Part shown: piece after piece, positions 1-9,988 of the stretch
Position numbering within the stretch: the stretch's first letter is position 1
Layout: the number at the start of each line of letters is the position of its first letter
Source of the DNA: an uncultured Eubacteriales bacterium
Lineage (GTDB): Bacteria > Bacillota > Clostridia > Oscillospirales > CAG-272
Length of the DNA: 64,000 bases
Assembly (NCBI GenBank): GCA_934503195.1
Contig: CAKSVM010000001.1
Coordinates: 27,414 to 91,413 of the forward strand
Reading direction: 5' to 3'
Translations under genes and position numbers: made by a program
Notes under the pieces: model-generated
What the model saw: the letters and a program-made list of their open reading frames with translations, nothing else
Told to the model about the DNA's origin: nothing
The model's database searches: none

Positions 1-522
1 CTCTCGGCCTCGATGTCGACTCTCTCATCGCTCGTCCTGACCTCAAGCTCGACCCTCACGCTCGACCTCATCCGCGGAAACATCGTAAAAAAGATGGACG
101 AAAAGAAGCAGCTGCTGATAATCCGCGTCCTCGTCGCCTTCTTCATCGTCATCTCGGCCGCGATCGCGATCTTTCAGTACGGCTCGCCGAACGCCTTCAT
201 CGCTCAGCTGATGGGCATCTCGTGGGGCGCGCTCGCCGGAGCCTTCCTCGCTCCCTTCCTCTACGGTCTCTACATGAAGAGAGTCAGCCGCGCGGCAGTC
301 TGGACCAGCTTCATTGTAGGAGTCGGACTCACCGTGTCGAATATGTTCCTCAAATTCATCTCGTCCCCGATCAACGCCGGAGCGATCGCGATGGTTCTCG
401 GACTGATACTCGTGCCGGTCGTCAGCCTCTTCACTAAGAAGCCCGACGTGGATATCGACTCGATCTTCTCCTGCTACGATGAGAAAATCACCGTCAGCGC
501 AAAGACCTCAATCGAGGATTAA
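1..522 (+). CDS. sodium:solute symporter family permease, C-terminal fragment (5' end outside window)
   Basis: Frame open from nt 1; consecutive hydrophobic TM-like segments (GISWGALAGAFLAPFLYGLY, AIAMVLGLILVPVVSLF) typical of SSF (PutP/PanF-like) permeases; TAA stop at 520-522. Confidence 0.6.
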   Translation, partial: LSASMSTLSSLVLTSSSTLTLDLIRGNIVKKMDEKKQLLIIRVLVAFFIVISAAIAIFQYGSPNAFIAQLMGISWGALAGAFLAPFLYGLYMKRVSRAAVWTSFIVGVGLTVSNMFLKFISSPINAGAIAMVLGLILVPVVSLFTKKPDVDIDSIFSCYDEKITVSAKTSIED

Positions 523-526
523 CGCC

Positions 527-1015
527 ATGGTATCGATCCGCCCGACTCTCCGGGAGGACGTGAAAAAGCTCTCTGCGATTCAGAAGGACGCGTTTCTCCC
601 GCTCTTCATCCGTTACCATGACACCGGAAACCCCTGCCTCCGCGGCACGGAGGACATCACCGACCGCCTTGAAAGCGACGACTTCAGATGCTATTCGATC
701 CTTGAAAACGACTCGCTTGTCGGCGGAATGTTCTATAAATGCAGCGGCAGCACACCGTTCGGAAAGCTCGGCCGCGGCGAATATCACCTCGGGCGGATCT
801 ATATCTCGCCCGAGCGTCAGAACCGCGGCATCGCCCGCCGGGCGATAAAGCTCGGCGAGCGTGAGTTCCCCGACGCCGTCCGCTTCACCCTCGAAACCCC
901 CGAAAAAAATCATCAGACCCGTCTTTGCTATGAAAACGCCGGCTGCCGCGACACCGGAATGAGGCTTGAGGTCTCGCCCGGACTCATTATCGCCGCGTTT
1001 GAAAAGATAGTCTGA
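527..1015 (+). CDS. GNAT family N-acetyltransferase
   Basis: ATG at 527 preceded by GAGGA; acetyl-CoA binding-like motif QNRGIARRAI; about 160 aa, typical GNAT size. Confidence 0.75.
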   Translation: MVSIRPTLREDVKKLSAIQKDAFLPLFIRYHDTGNPCLRGTEDITDRLESDDFRCYSILENDSLVGGMFYKCSGSTPFGKLGRGEYHLGRIYISPERQNRGIARRAIKLGEREFPDAVRFTLETPEKNHQTRLCYENAGCRDTGMRLEVSPGLIIAAFEKIV

Positions 1016-1059
1016 CCCCTTCACGCTTACAGCCACAAAGAACCAAAAATTCCAAAGCC

Positions 1060-2253
1060 ATGCGAAATCTCAGTAAAAAAACAGAAAAAAGTGAAGAAAC
1101 CCAATACGACAAAAATCTTGCCGATTATCTGACGGAACGCGGCGTGGACAACGTCTATATCCCGATGATCATATGCGACAAGGATTTTCGAGTCTGCTTT
1201 TCCACCGGAACAATGAAAAAACTGATACGGAACATATCGGATGGAATGTCCATAAGCAAATACATAGACACCGGGCTTCTGTACGACCTCCCGTCGGGAG
1301 GCAGAACCTATCAGGACTGCTTCAGAGTAACTTCGAAGATCTACAACGTACTCGCCTTCAGAAAGCACTACGTTTCGGACTGCTATGTGCTGATACTTCT
1401 TGTCGGCAATGAAATTTTCGTCGACAATCCCGCGTTCGGCAGAATCGATCTGCTGTACCACAATATAATCTGCCAGATTGACAGTCAGATAGACGCTCTC
1501 TTTGACCGGAACGCGGACACCCCATGCAGACTCCTCGCGGAAAACGTGCGGAATCTCTCGCACATAAGCCGGCTTGCCAAGATGTTCTCCACCCTCGCTA
1601 AAGATCAGATTGGGAAACCGTCGCTGATTGATGTCGCATCATTTTTCAAGCAGATTGAATATGAGGGCAACGCCTGTATAAACAACGCCGTGATACAGCT
1701 GACCTTCAGCAACGATGTCCGGACGCTGGATAAAATCGAAGTTGACTACTGCATGGCTTTCTATTATTTCACGCTGATAATCCTGAATCTCATGATGGTT
1801 TCGCTTGACGGAATTATAAGTCTCAACGTCTCGGCCACGGATCCGACGACATTGGTTATCACCTGCTCGGCAGATATCCCGCGCAATCTTTTCGCTAATG
1901 AAACGCTTTTCAGGATGAGCGCGAGATATCCACACAGCCGTCTGTCGCTTGACGAGCTTGCCGTCGATCTTTTCGGCAGCAACGTTCCCTTCGCGCTTGA
2001 TCTCGCGATGCTGAACGGATTTCTGGTCGAAAGCGGCTGGAACGCCTACTGCGCTTATGAAAATGATTCGCTGCACGTATACACGATGATTCCGAGCATT
2101 CCGAATCCGGGACGTTATATCTGCTCGGCAAACGAGCCGGACCGGAACATCTTCGAGGAATGTCTCAGAAGCTTTATCGACTGGAACGGCAAGGAAGCGG
2201 CGCGCTTCATGAAATCCGGAAACCCGGTATACAGGAACAAAATCGTGAAGTAG
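1060..2253 (+). CDS. hypothetical protein (397 aa)
   Basis: Long ORF with lower GC3 than the flanks and no recognisable motif; weak RBS, so the start is uncertain. Confidence 0.45.
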   Translation: MRNLSKKTEKSEETQYDKNLADYLTERGVDNVYIPMIICDKDFRVCFSTGTMKKLIRNISDGMSISKYIDTGLLYDLPSGGRTYQDCFRVTSKIYNVLAFRKHYVSDCYVLILLVGNEIFVDNPAFGRIDLLYHNIICQIDSQIDALFDRNADTPCRLLAENVRNLSHISRLAKMFSTLAKDQIGKPSLIDVASFFKQIEYEGNACINNAVIQLTFSNDVRTLDKIEVDYCMAFYYFTLIILNLMMVSLDGIISLNVSATDPTTLVITCSADIPRNLFANETLFRMSARYPHSRLSLDELAVDLFGSNVPFALDLAMLNGFLVESGWNAYCAYENDSLHVYTMIPSIPNPGRYICSANEPDRNIFEECLRSFIDWNGKEAARFMKSGNPVYRNKIVK

Positions 2254-2593
2254 CGGACAGATTCCACGTGCGGCGGACGCTCGCGATAAATCCGCGCATA
2301 GATGTAAAATCACATAAAAGCCCACGAAGGAGCGCGAAGCGCGGCAAACGCCGCGCTTCGCGTGTTCCGGCGCGCCGGAACGGCTCGCGTCCGGTCGGCT
2401 TCGCCGCCCGGACGCGAGTGCAGGTTGCGCACTTCGCGCGCAATCGACCTCGCAGGCGAGGTCGACGGCAACTGCGTTGCCGCCTGCGGCCTGCGGCCGC
2501 CCCGCTTTTCTTTCATAATCCATCAAAAGTACTGCCATAAAAGCAACACCCCTTCACGTTTTTCCTCATCGGCTCCCCGAAGCTTCCCACACA

Positions 2594-2634
2594 AAAATCG
2601 GCTGCTGCCGCGAACGCGGCAGCAGCCTTTCTTT
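2594..2634. terminator. bidirectional intrinsic terminator (palindromic module copy 1)
   Basis: 13-bp GC stem GGCTGCTGCCGCG/CGCGGCAGCAGCC, A-run upstream and TTTCTTT downstream; lies between convergent genes. Confidence 0.8.
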
Positions 2635-4849
2635 ATCCGTAAATAAAACTTTCGCCGCGTCCCAGCCTTACCGGGATCTCGCCGCCGTTTACGCTCAGCA
2701 CAAACTCAACGTCCGCCCTGACCGCCTTTATCACACAGGAAGTCACCTTTCCACCCTTCCACGCGGCCGAGATTTCGGCTCCGCCGCGGATCAAGAACCC
2801 CGAAAAGCTTCCGTCCCACTCCGCCGGGAAGGCCGGAAGAAGCTCGACCCGGTTTCCCTGCGACTGAACGAGCATTTCCGCGATCGCCGCCGTCGCGCCG
2901 AAGTTTCCGTCAATCTGGAACGGCGGGTGCGAATCAAACAGATTCTCGCGCGTCGATTTCGTTAAAAGCTTGTGGATCGTCGACTTCGCGCCGTCGGCGT
3001 CACCGAGTCTCGCGAAGAGCGCGATCAGCCACGCGCATGACCATCCGGTGTGTCCGCCGCCGTTCGCGAGTCTGCGTTCAAGCGAACGCTTCGCCGCCGC
3101 GAAAAGCTCGGGAGTGTCCTTGTTTATCGCCGCGTCGGGATAGAGCGCGAAAAGATGCGAGACGTGACGATGACCGGGTTCAGGCTCGTCGTAGTCCTCC
3201 TGCCACTCCATCAGCTGTCCGTGCTTTCCGACTTTGAGCGGCGGAAGCTTTGACAGCGCGGTCTCCGCCTCCTCAGCCTGCGCGGCGTCGAGCGAGAGAA
3301 GCTTCTCGGTCTCGATGTAGAAGCGTAAGAGTCCGCTGATGATCTCAATGTCCATCGTAGGCGAAAGGCAGAGATTCACCGACTTTCCGTTGCAGAAATA
3401 GTGATTCTCGGGCGAGGTCGAGGGTCCGGTCATCAGAACCCCGTCTTTCTCGAACATATAGTCAAGGAAAAATCTCGCCGAGTCGTGGATGTAATCATAT
3501 GCCGTCTCGCGTAAGAATTCAAGGTCGCGCGTGAAGAGATAATGCTCCCACATCGAGTAGCAGAGCCACGCGCCACCCATCGGCCAGAGTCCCCACACTC
3601 CGTCGGCCGCCGCCGTGAAGCCGTAGATATCCGAAAGATGATGCAGAACCGTTCCGCCGCACTTATAGTTGACTCTCGCCGTCTCACGTCCGCTTTCGAG
3701 AAGGTAATCGTTCATGTAATCGAAAAGCGGCTCCGCGCACTCGGAAAGGTTCGTCGTCTCGGCGTGCCAGTAGTTCATCTGGAGATTTATGTTCGTGTGA
3801 TAGTCGGAATTCCACGGAGCCGACGTGTAGGCGTTCCAGACGCCCTGAAGATTCGCGGGGAGACTTCCCGGACGGCTCGACGAGACGAGCAGATAGCGTC
3901 CGAAGTCGAAATAGAGCGCGGCGAGTCCGGGATCCGACGCGGTGTCGTCGGATTTGAGTCTTTCAAGCCGCCTGTTCGCCGGAAGCTCTGCGAATTCGTC
4001 GCCAAGATCAAGCTCCGTCCGGCTCATGAGCGAGTTCACATCTGAAACCGAACGCGCTTTCAGCACGTCATAGTCGCAGACCGGGAACTCGGGTTCATCG
4101 CCGGTCGCGAGGACTATGAAGTAATCGGTCTTTGTCGCACTAGAGATAAGGAAATCGCGGCCGTCGTCGGTGAGCTTTCCGTCAGTGATGACCTTCAATT
4201 TCACTGTGAACCGCTCGCCGCCCTCGGACGGATGCGCGAGGATCGTCATCATGTTCCCCGCGACCGAAACGCTCTCAACGCCTAAGTCCGCCGCACCCTC
4301 GACGATATGCGACTCGCGCTTCTTCCAGTCGATATTCAGAACGGCCTTTCTCCGCGAATATGAAACCCTCACCGAATGCGGTCCGGTGTGGCGCATACAG
4401 ATAACCTTATCCGGATACGACGCGAAGGACTCGCGGAGAATCTTCCCGCCGTTTTTCTCAAACGACACGCGGCTTGTTCCGTTAAAAAGATCAAGCTCGC
4501 GGCGGTAGTCCGAGCATTCGTCGGACGCGTCCTCGGACGTTATGAAGAACTCGCCCGCCGTCTCCTGAGATTTGATTTTGTAGAATGAATTTTTGAGAAG
4601 CTCGACCGCGTAGTCGTCGGCCTTTGACGGGTCTTCGAGAAGCACCGCGCGGAGCTTTTCAATCTTGTCGCGGAAGGTTTCGTCGGAGGTGTCGATTTTA
4701 CCGCCCGCCCAGATTTTTTCCTCGGTCAGCTGGACGCGCTCGGCTCCGACGCCGCCGTAGATCATCGCGCCAGAAAAGCCGTTTCCAATCGGCGAGGCGA
4801 GTTCCCATTCCTTCGCGGGATAGTCAAGATAAAGTGTGTGTCTGGTCAT
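2633..4849 (-). CDS. glycoside hydrolase family 95 (alpha-L-fucosidase-like)
   Basis: 738 aa; N-terminus YPAKEWELASPIGNGFSGAMIYGGVGAERVQLTEEKIWAG is the characteristic GH95 N-terminal signature. Confidence 0.85.
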   Translation of the reverse strand: MTRHTLYLDYPAKEWELASPIGNGFSGAMIYGGVGAERVQLTEEKIWAGGKIDTSDETFRDKIEKLRAVLLEDPSKADDYAVELLKNSFYKIKSQETAGEFFITSEDASDECSDYRRELDLFNGTSRVSFEKNGGKILRESFASYPDKVICMRHTGPHSVRVSYSRRKAVLNIDWKKRESHIVEGAADLGVESVSVAGNMMTILAHPSEGGERFTVKLKVITDGKLTDDGRDFLISSATKTDYFIVLATGDEPEFPVCDYDVLKARSVSDVNSLMSRTELDLGDEFAELPANRRLERLKSDDTASDPGLAALYFDFGRYLLVSSSRPGSLPANLQGVWNAYTSAPWNSDYHTNINLQMNYWHAETTNLSECAEPLFDYMNDYLLESGRETARVNYKCGGTVLHHLSDIYGFTAAADGVWGLWPMGGAWLCYSMWEHYLFTRDLEFLRETAYDYIHDSARFFLDYMFEKDGVLMTGPSTSPENHYFCNGKSVNLCLSPTMDIEIISGLLRFYIETEKLLSLDAAQAEEAETALSKLPPLKVGKHGQLMEWQEDYDEPEPGHRHVSHLFALYPDAAINKDTPELFAAAKRSLERRLANGGGHTGWSCAWLIALFARLGDADGAKSTIHKLLTKSTRENLFDSHPPFQIDGNFGATAAIAEMLVQSQGNRVELLPAFPAEWDGSFSGFLIRGGAEISAAWKGGKVTSCVIKAVRADVEFVLSVNGGEIPVRLGRGESFIYG

Positions 4850-5717
4850 TTTCGTTCTCCTTCATTGTGAATTCTATTTTATTTTTGTTTCTCCTTGAAA
4901 TGTAGATGAGCAGTCCGAGCGAGATCGCCGCGCCACCGAGCATTATTATATACATAACCGACTCGCTGACGTTTCCTAAAAGATCGCCGAAGCACGAGAA
5001 GAGATTGAACCCGAAATGCACGAGTATGCAGGCGGTCAGCGACTGATATTTGACTCTTGTATAGCAGATGATATATCCGAGCAGAGCCGCGTAGAGCATC
5101 TGAATCACGTTTCCGTGAACGACGCCGAAGATCCACGACGAGATCAGCATCGCCGCGAACATCGGCATTCCCTTGCAGAGTCTTGAATACATCAGCCCGC
5201 GGAAGGTGATCTCCTCGACGATCGGCGCGCAGACCAGCGTAGTCAGAAGTGTGATGACAATCCCGGCCTCGGCGATTACTCCGGTCGACGTGTTGTACGA
5301 CTCAACCCAGCTCTCCGGAAAGGGAATCATGCTTAAGAACACCGAAATAAACATATTGAGCGAAAGCCCGAAGAGGATCAGCACGGGGACCTGCGAAAGC
5401 GGAATCTTCGTTATCCCCATCTCAAGAAGCGGCTTTTTCTTGCGGACTTTGAAGATGATCACAAAGGTCAGCACCGCCAGCGCACCGGCCACAAAGGTTA
5501 TGTGGAGAGAGTATTTATCGATTATGTCGTAAACCTTCGCGGTGATCTCGTCCATCATAGCGCCGTAGTCGCGCATCTGTGTGTCGTCGTAGCCCGACGA
5601 GACGAAGAATGTGGCGATGATCGAAACCCAGTTCACAACGATGACCTGCCAGACAAAATAAACGGCAAAATAAGCGGCAGCCTTGCCGCAGGCCTTCAGA
5701 AAGCCCTTTATGGACAT
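4824..5717 (-). CDS. CPBP family intramembrane glutamic endopeptidase (CAAX protease-like)
   Basis: Multi-TM protein with EEITFRG and FGVVHG motifs; 26-nt overlap with the downstream GH95 start. Confidence 0.8.
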   Translation of the reverse strand: MSIKGFLKACGKAAAYFAVYFVWQVIVVNWVSIIATFFVSSGYDDTQMRDYGAMMDEITAKVYDIIDKYSLHITFVAGALAVLTFVIIFKVRKKKPLLEMGITKIPLSQVPVLILFGLSLNMFISVFLSMIPFPESWVESYNTSTGVIAEAGIVITLLTTLVCAPIVEEITFRGLMYSRLCKGMPMFAAMLISSWIFGVVHGNVIQMLYAALLGYIICYTRVKYQSLTACILVHFGFNLFSCFGDLLGNVSESVMYIIMLGGAAISLGLLIYISRRNKNKIEFTMKENENDQTHTLS

Positions 5718-5827
5718 AGCTTTTCCTCCGATGGAAATATAATCAGATGAATTATACCATATCGCGGAAAAAAATTAAACCATGATTTTGTAAACATGAA
5801 GTCGGATCAAAAATTTACAAAATATGT

Positions 5828-5856
5828 TTTACAAATAAGCGTCGGTGTGGTATAAT
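5828..5856 (+). promoter_or_regulatory. sigma-A type promoter (TTTACA -17- TGgTATAAT)
   Basis: -35 at 5828-5833, extended -10 at 5851-5856, 17-nt spacer, about 30 nt upstream of the 5888 start. Confidence 0.6.
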
Positions 5857-5887
5857 TTTAGTAAGAATTATTTTTTAAGAGGTAAAT

Positions 5888-7075
5888 ATGCAAAGCGATC
5901 TTTCCTCACTTTTCTCCGAAATCACCGACCGCCGGATCTTAAAGAAAGCGGTCTTCTCAAAATCCGCCGACAAGTCGGTTGTAAAGCTTGTCATAACTCC
6001 GTTTGACAAAAAAGGCATTCTGATGCTCGCCGCCGAGACCTTCGGCGCGGACAACAAGGCAACCCGCAAAAATCTTCCCTATTCGCCGGAAATTCTGATA
6101 AAAAGCGCGGTCACCGACTTCCGTCAGGCAAACATCTTCACGACGGCCGGGGATATCGAGATCCGCCGCTCTAAATCCGACTCGGTTCACATCTCGGGAA
6201 AGCTGAGTCCCGACGCCAAAGAGGCCGGGGCGGCCTCGCACAACGAGTCGAAGCACTATATAATCGACCCGTCGCGCGACGTCGGATTCCTCTTCGAACT
6301 CGGTCTTTCCGACAAAACCGGTCGGATTCACGACAAAAAGCAGGCTAAATTCCGCCAGATAAACCGTTTTCTTGAAATCGTCCGCGACGTTGAGGACAGG
6401 CTCCCGTCAGAACGCCCGGCCGTGATCTATGATCTCTGCTGCGGAAAAAGCTATCTCACCTTCGCGGTCTACTATTACTTCACCGCGATAAGGAAGCGTC
6501 AGGTTCATATGTACGGCGTCGATCTCAAGGCCGACGTCATTGAGTTCTGCAACGCGGCCGCGGCGCGTCAGGGATTCGAAAACCTGAAATTCGTCTCGGG
6601 TAACATAAACGAGTACGATCCTCCCGAAAAGCCGGATATGGTGATCTCGCTCCACGCCTGCGATATCGCGACCGATATCGTCCTCTACAACGCGATCCGC
6701 TGGGGCGCGGGAATAATCCTCTCGACTCCCTGCTGTCATCACGAAATGTCAAAGCAGCTCGCGGTGAAAAAGGAAAACGCGCCGCTCCGGGAGGAATTCG
6801 ATTTCATCCTCTCAAGCCCGATGTTAAAGCAGAAATTCTGCGACACGCTGACCGACGCGCTTAGAGTCAAGCGTCTTGTCTCGCGCGGATATGACGTGAC
6901 GACGCTCGAACTCATCGACCCTGACGAGACGCCGAAGAATCTCATGATCCGCGCCGTTCTCGACCCGAAAATGTCCGAAGCCGAAAAAAACGCCGCCCTC
7001 TCGGAATACGAAAGAATCAGCGGCGGACTCAGAGTCGAGCCATTCCTCGACAAATTATTAAAAAATGAAAGCTGA
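5888..7075 (+). CDS. class I SAM-dependent methyltransferase
   Basis: Motif I-like VIYDLCCGKSY and ISLHACDIATD; AGAGG RBS. Confidence 0.75.
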   Translation: MQSDLSSLFSEITDRRILKKAVFSKSADKSVVKLVITPFDKKGILMLAAETFGADNKATRKNLPYSPEILIKSAVTDFRQANIFTTAGDIEIRRSKSDSVHISGKLSPDAKEAGAASHNESKHYIIDPSRDVGFLFELGLSDKTGRIHDKKQAKFRQINRFLEIVRDVEDRLPSERPAVIYDLCCGKSYLTFAVYYYFTAIRKRQVHMYGVDLKADVIEFCNAAAARQGFENLKFVSGNINEYDPPEKPDMVISLHACDIATDIVLYNAIRWGAGIILSTPCCHHEMSKQLAVKKENAPLREEFDFILSSPMLKQKFCDTLTDALRVKRLVSRGYDVTTLELIDPDETPKNLMIRAVLDPKMSEAEKNAALSEYERISGGLRVEPFLDKLLKNES

Positions 7076-7895
7076 AAAATTTCTCGACCGTCTGACGCTC
7101 ATAACGTCCGGGATCGTCGCGGTCTATTACACGGTCTATCTGATCCTCTGTCTTCTCGGGTTCGATTCGAGAGTCATGAGCATTTTCGCGCTCTTTGTGA
7201 TCGCGGTCGTTGTCCTCCCGGTCGTTTTCCGTGAAAAGCTCAGAAAAAAGCTCGGACGCGCGGCAAGGCCTCTGCAAATAATCTTCACGACGCTGATTTC
7301 GGTCTATCTCATAACGCTCGCGGCATTCTGGTGCTACATCGGCTTCGACTCGTCAAAGGACGCGGGAAGCTACGCCGTCGCGGCGTCGACCTCTGGCGAC
7401 ACGGGCGCGGATACGCTTATCGTGACCTTCGGATGCCGGACATATCCTCACGGCCCGAGCAAGACGCTCAGCCTCCGGCTTGACGAGACGATAAAGCTCA
7501 TGAACGCGCTCCCCGACTCGATCTGCGTCGTCAGCGGCGGACAGGGAGTCAACGAGCCGACGACCGAGTCGGCGGCGATGCGCGAATATCTGATTTCACA
7601 CGGAATCGCGCCCGAGCGGATAATCGAGGAGTCCGAGTCGCATTCGACAAGCGAGAATATAAGACTCACGAAAAAGCTCATCGAGGAGCTTGGAATCGAG
7701 TGCGGACGGATAATCGGAGTCTCGACGGCCTTCCATCTTCCGAGAATCGAGGCACTGGCGAAAAGATACTGGCGGCCGATCGAGGTCTGCGCGTCCGAGG
7801 CGGCGAATCCCGCACTCTATTTTGTCAGCATGGTGCGGGAATATCTCTCGTACATCAAGATGACCTTCTTCGACACGCTGACCTTCAATTTCTGA
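7065..7895 (+). CDS. YdcF/ElyC family (DUF218) protein with N-terminal TM helices
   Basis: SGGQGVNEPTTESAAMREYL...SHSTSENI matches the DUF218 core; 11-nt overlap with the upstream gene. Confidence 0.75.
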   Translation: MKAEKFLDRLTLITSGIVAVYYTVYLILCLLGFDSRVMSIFALFVIAVVVLPVVFREKLRKKLGRAARPLQIIFTTLISVYLITLAAFWCYIGFDSSKDAGSYAVAASTSGDTGADTLIVTFGCRTYPHGPSKTLSLRLDETIKLMNALPDSICVVSGGQGVNEPTTESAAMREYLISHGIAPERIIEESESHSTSENIRLTKKLIEELGIECGRIIGVSTAFHLPRIEALAKRYWRPIEVCASEAANPALYFVSMVREYLSYIKMTFFDTLTFNF

Positions 7896-7898
7896 AAA

Positions 7899-8681
7899 TC
7901 ATTTCCGGAGCGGCGAATGACCGCGGATCCGGCGGTAAATCCGGTAAAAATGCGCCGTGTCGTAGAATCCGAGCTGCTCGGCTACCTGCGCGACCGTGAA
8001 TTCTCCCGACAAAAGAAGCTCGTCCGCGCGTTCTACACGCATACGGTTGCGGTACTCGGTCGGCGCGTATCCGCCCGAGCATTCCTTGAAGCGGCTCCGG
8101 AAACCCGTCTCGGAGAGACAGCATTCGCGGGCGATTCTCGAAACGTCGAGTTCGTTTCCGGGGTGGCGGCCGATCTCACGCATCGCGTCTCTGACCGCTT
8201 TGTCGGCCTGACTGAGTCCGTCTGACGCGGCGGCCGATGAGATGTCCGAGAGAAGTCGGTAAAGCTCGGCACGGACTCTCAGCCGATCTGGTCGGTTCTC
8301 GGCGACCGCCTCGAATCTGCGTCTCAGGCGGTCGTCCGAGATTACACGAAACGGCTCGTCTATGTAAACCGTCTCGCCACCCGAGGACAGCGTGAAATCT
8401 ATGAAGATCCCCTCAGAGTCCTCAACGCTGACGACGGTTGAGGTATATTTCGTCCCGATCGGAATGAAGATCGCCTCGCCCGGATGAAGGGTCAGGATAT
8501 CCGCTCCGTCGGTTCTGTAGCTCCGCTCGCCCGAGATCATGTAGTAGAGGAGATCTCCGTTTCTCCCCTCGGTTTCAAATATATTCATTACATTTCCGCT
8601 GTTCCACATACCGCGCGCCGCGCCGACGAAGCGCAGATCGACGTCAAATCCCGAAAGCGCGGAAAATTTCGCTGTGATCAT
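7899..8681 (-). CDS. AraC family transcriptional regulator (cupin + HTH)
   Basis: C-terminal AraC HTH (GFYDTAHFYRIYRRIRGHSP); start moved to ATG 8681, preceded by AAGGAGAG. Confidence 0.8.
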   Translation of the reverse strand: MITAKFSALSGFDVDLRFVGAARGMWNSGNVMNIFETEGRNGDLLYYMISGERSYRTDGADILTLHPGEAIFIPIGTKYTSTVVSVEDSEGIFIDFTLSSGGETVYIDEPFRVISDDRLRRRFEAVAENRPDRLRVRAELYRLLSDISSAAASDGLSQADKAVRDAMREIGRHPGNELDVSRIARECCLSETGFRSRFKECSGGYAPTEYRNRMRVERADELLLSGEFTVAQVAEQLGFYDTAHFYRIYRRIRGHSPLRK

Positions 8682-8828
8682 AAGCTCTCCTTGAAAAAAT
8701 GCTGAAACGTACACTCTTTTTGTTGATATATACATTGTATCACAAATCGAAATGGTTTACAATATATTATAAGGAGATTTTTTTAGAAAAAAATCCCCTG
8801 CACCTGTTAAAAAAGGATGGTATATAGC

Positions 8829-9887
8829 ATGAACGAAACAATCAGAGTCGGACTCATCGGATGCGGCGGCATCGCCGGAAAGCATTTAAGCGAGCTTTCA
8901 AGATCGACGGGCTGTGAGATCTACGCGCTCTGCGACATAAAGCCCGAAAGACTCAAAGCCGATGGAGAAAAGTACAACGTCCCCGAGGAGCGGAGATTCA
9001 CCGATTATCACGATCTCATAAACCTCCCCGGGGTCGACGCGGTCGATATCTGCACGCCGAACTATCTGCACGTGCCGATGGCAAAGGCGGCCGTCTGTGC
9101 CGGGAAGCCCTTCTGTTGTGAAAAGCCACTCGGCGTAAACTATGAGGAGACGCTCGAACTCGAAAAAATCGCGGACGAAAAGGGCGTGAAGTCGATGGTC
9201 TGCTTCTCCTACCGCTTCCTCCCGGCCGTGCGCTACGCGAAATATCTCGTCGACAAGGGCGAGATCGGAAAGGTGATCACCTTCTACGCACAGTATTTCA
9301 AGTCGAGCGCGTTCATAAAGAATCGCGGACTCGACTGGCGTTTTGTCGGAAAGGACGCGCGCTACGGCGTCTCTGGCGACCTTGGAGTACATATTCTCGA
9401 CCTCGCCTCATTCCTCTCGGGCGACGTCACCTGTCTCGCGGCAGACCTCGGAATCGCGGTGAAGGAGAGAAAGCGTCTTGACAGCGACGAGATCGCTCCG
9501 GTCGAGACCGACGACTTCTGTCATTTCCTCGCGAAATTCGACGGCGGAGCCTCGGCGACCTTCTCGATCACCCGCGCGGCTTTCGGTAACACGAACCAGA
9601 TCCGCGTCGAGGTCTACGGTGAAAAGGGCGCGTTCCGCTTTGATCTGAATCACCCCGAAAAGCTCGAATACTACACCGGGGGAATCAAGGACGGCAACGC
9701 GATCGAGCATATGGAGACAATCGAGGTTCCGAAGGAATTCTATACGATGCAGATGCAGTGCTTCATCGACCTTCTGCACGGAAATCCCGACCGCTACATT
9801 CCGACTCTCCACGACGGAGTCAAGCTCCAGCGCGTACTCGACGCGATCCTTGAATCGGACGAAAAGCGCAAGTGGATCAATATCTGA
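8829..9887 (+). CDS. Gfo/Idh/MocA family oxidoreductase
   Basis: N-terminal Rossmann IRVGLIGCGGIAGKH; ATG 8829 preferred over 8817, which abuts the RBS. Confidence 0.8.
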   Translation: MNETIRVGLIGCGGIAGKHLSELSRSTGCEIYALCDIKPERLKADGEKYNVPEERRFTDYHDLINLPGVDAVDICTPNYLHVPMAKAAVCAGKPFCCEKPLGVNYEETLELEKIADEKGVKSMVCFSYRFLPAVRYAKYLVDKGEIGKVITFYAQYFKSSAFIKNRGLDWRFVGKDARYGVSGDLGVHILDLASFLSGDVTCLAADLGIAVKERKRLDSDEIAPVETDDFCHFLAKFDGGASATFSITRAAFGNTNQIRVEVYGEKGAFRFDLNHPEKLEYYTGGIKDGNAIEHMETIEVPKEFYTMQMQCFIDLLHGNPDRYIPTLHDGVKLQRVLDAILESDEKRKWINI

Positions 9888-9934
9888 GGTAACTCCGGCA
9901 TCAATCGGATGGTAACTTTCCAGCCCTATAAACC

Positions 9935-9978
9935 AAAATCGGCTGCTGCCGCTCTCGCGGCAGCAGCCTTTCTTTCTC
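9935..9978. terminator. bidirectional intrinsic terminator (palindromic module copy 2)
   Basis: AAAATCGGCTGCTGCCGC-TCTC-GCGGCAGCAGCCTTTCTTT; nearly identical to 2594-2634 except for the loop. Confidence 0.8.
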
Positions 9979-9988
9979 TCTGCCCCCA

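Noticed and set aside
2160-2646. Arg-rich ORFs in several frames (2160..2540, 2207..2443, 2310..2516, 2362..2646)
   Set aside because: All frames are open because the DNA is GC-rich and palindromic. No RBS and no protein-like composition. Treated as a non-coding hairpin cluster.
8773-8798. A/T-rich palindrome GGAGATTTTTTT-AG-AAAAAAATCCCC in the AraC / Gfo-Idh-MocA divergent region, considered as a terminator or operator
   Set aside because: No flanking T-run after the stem, a weak A/T stem with a 2-nt loop, and a location inside a promoter region. I cannot support a function from sequence alone.
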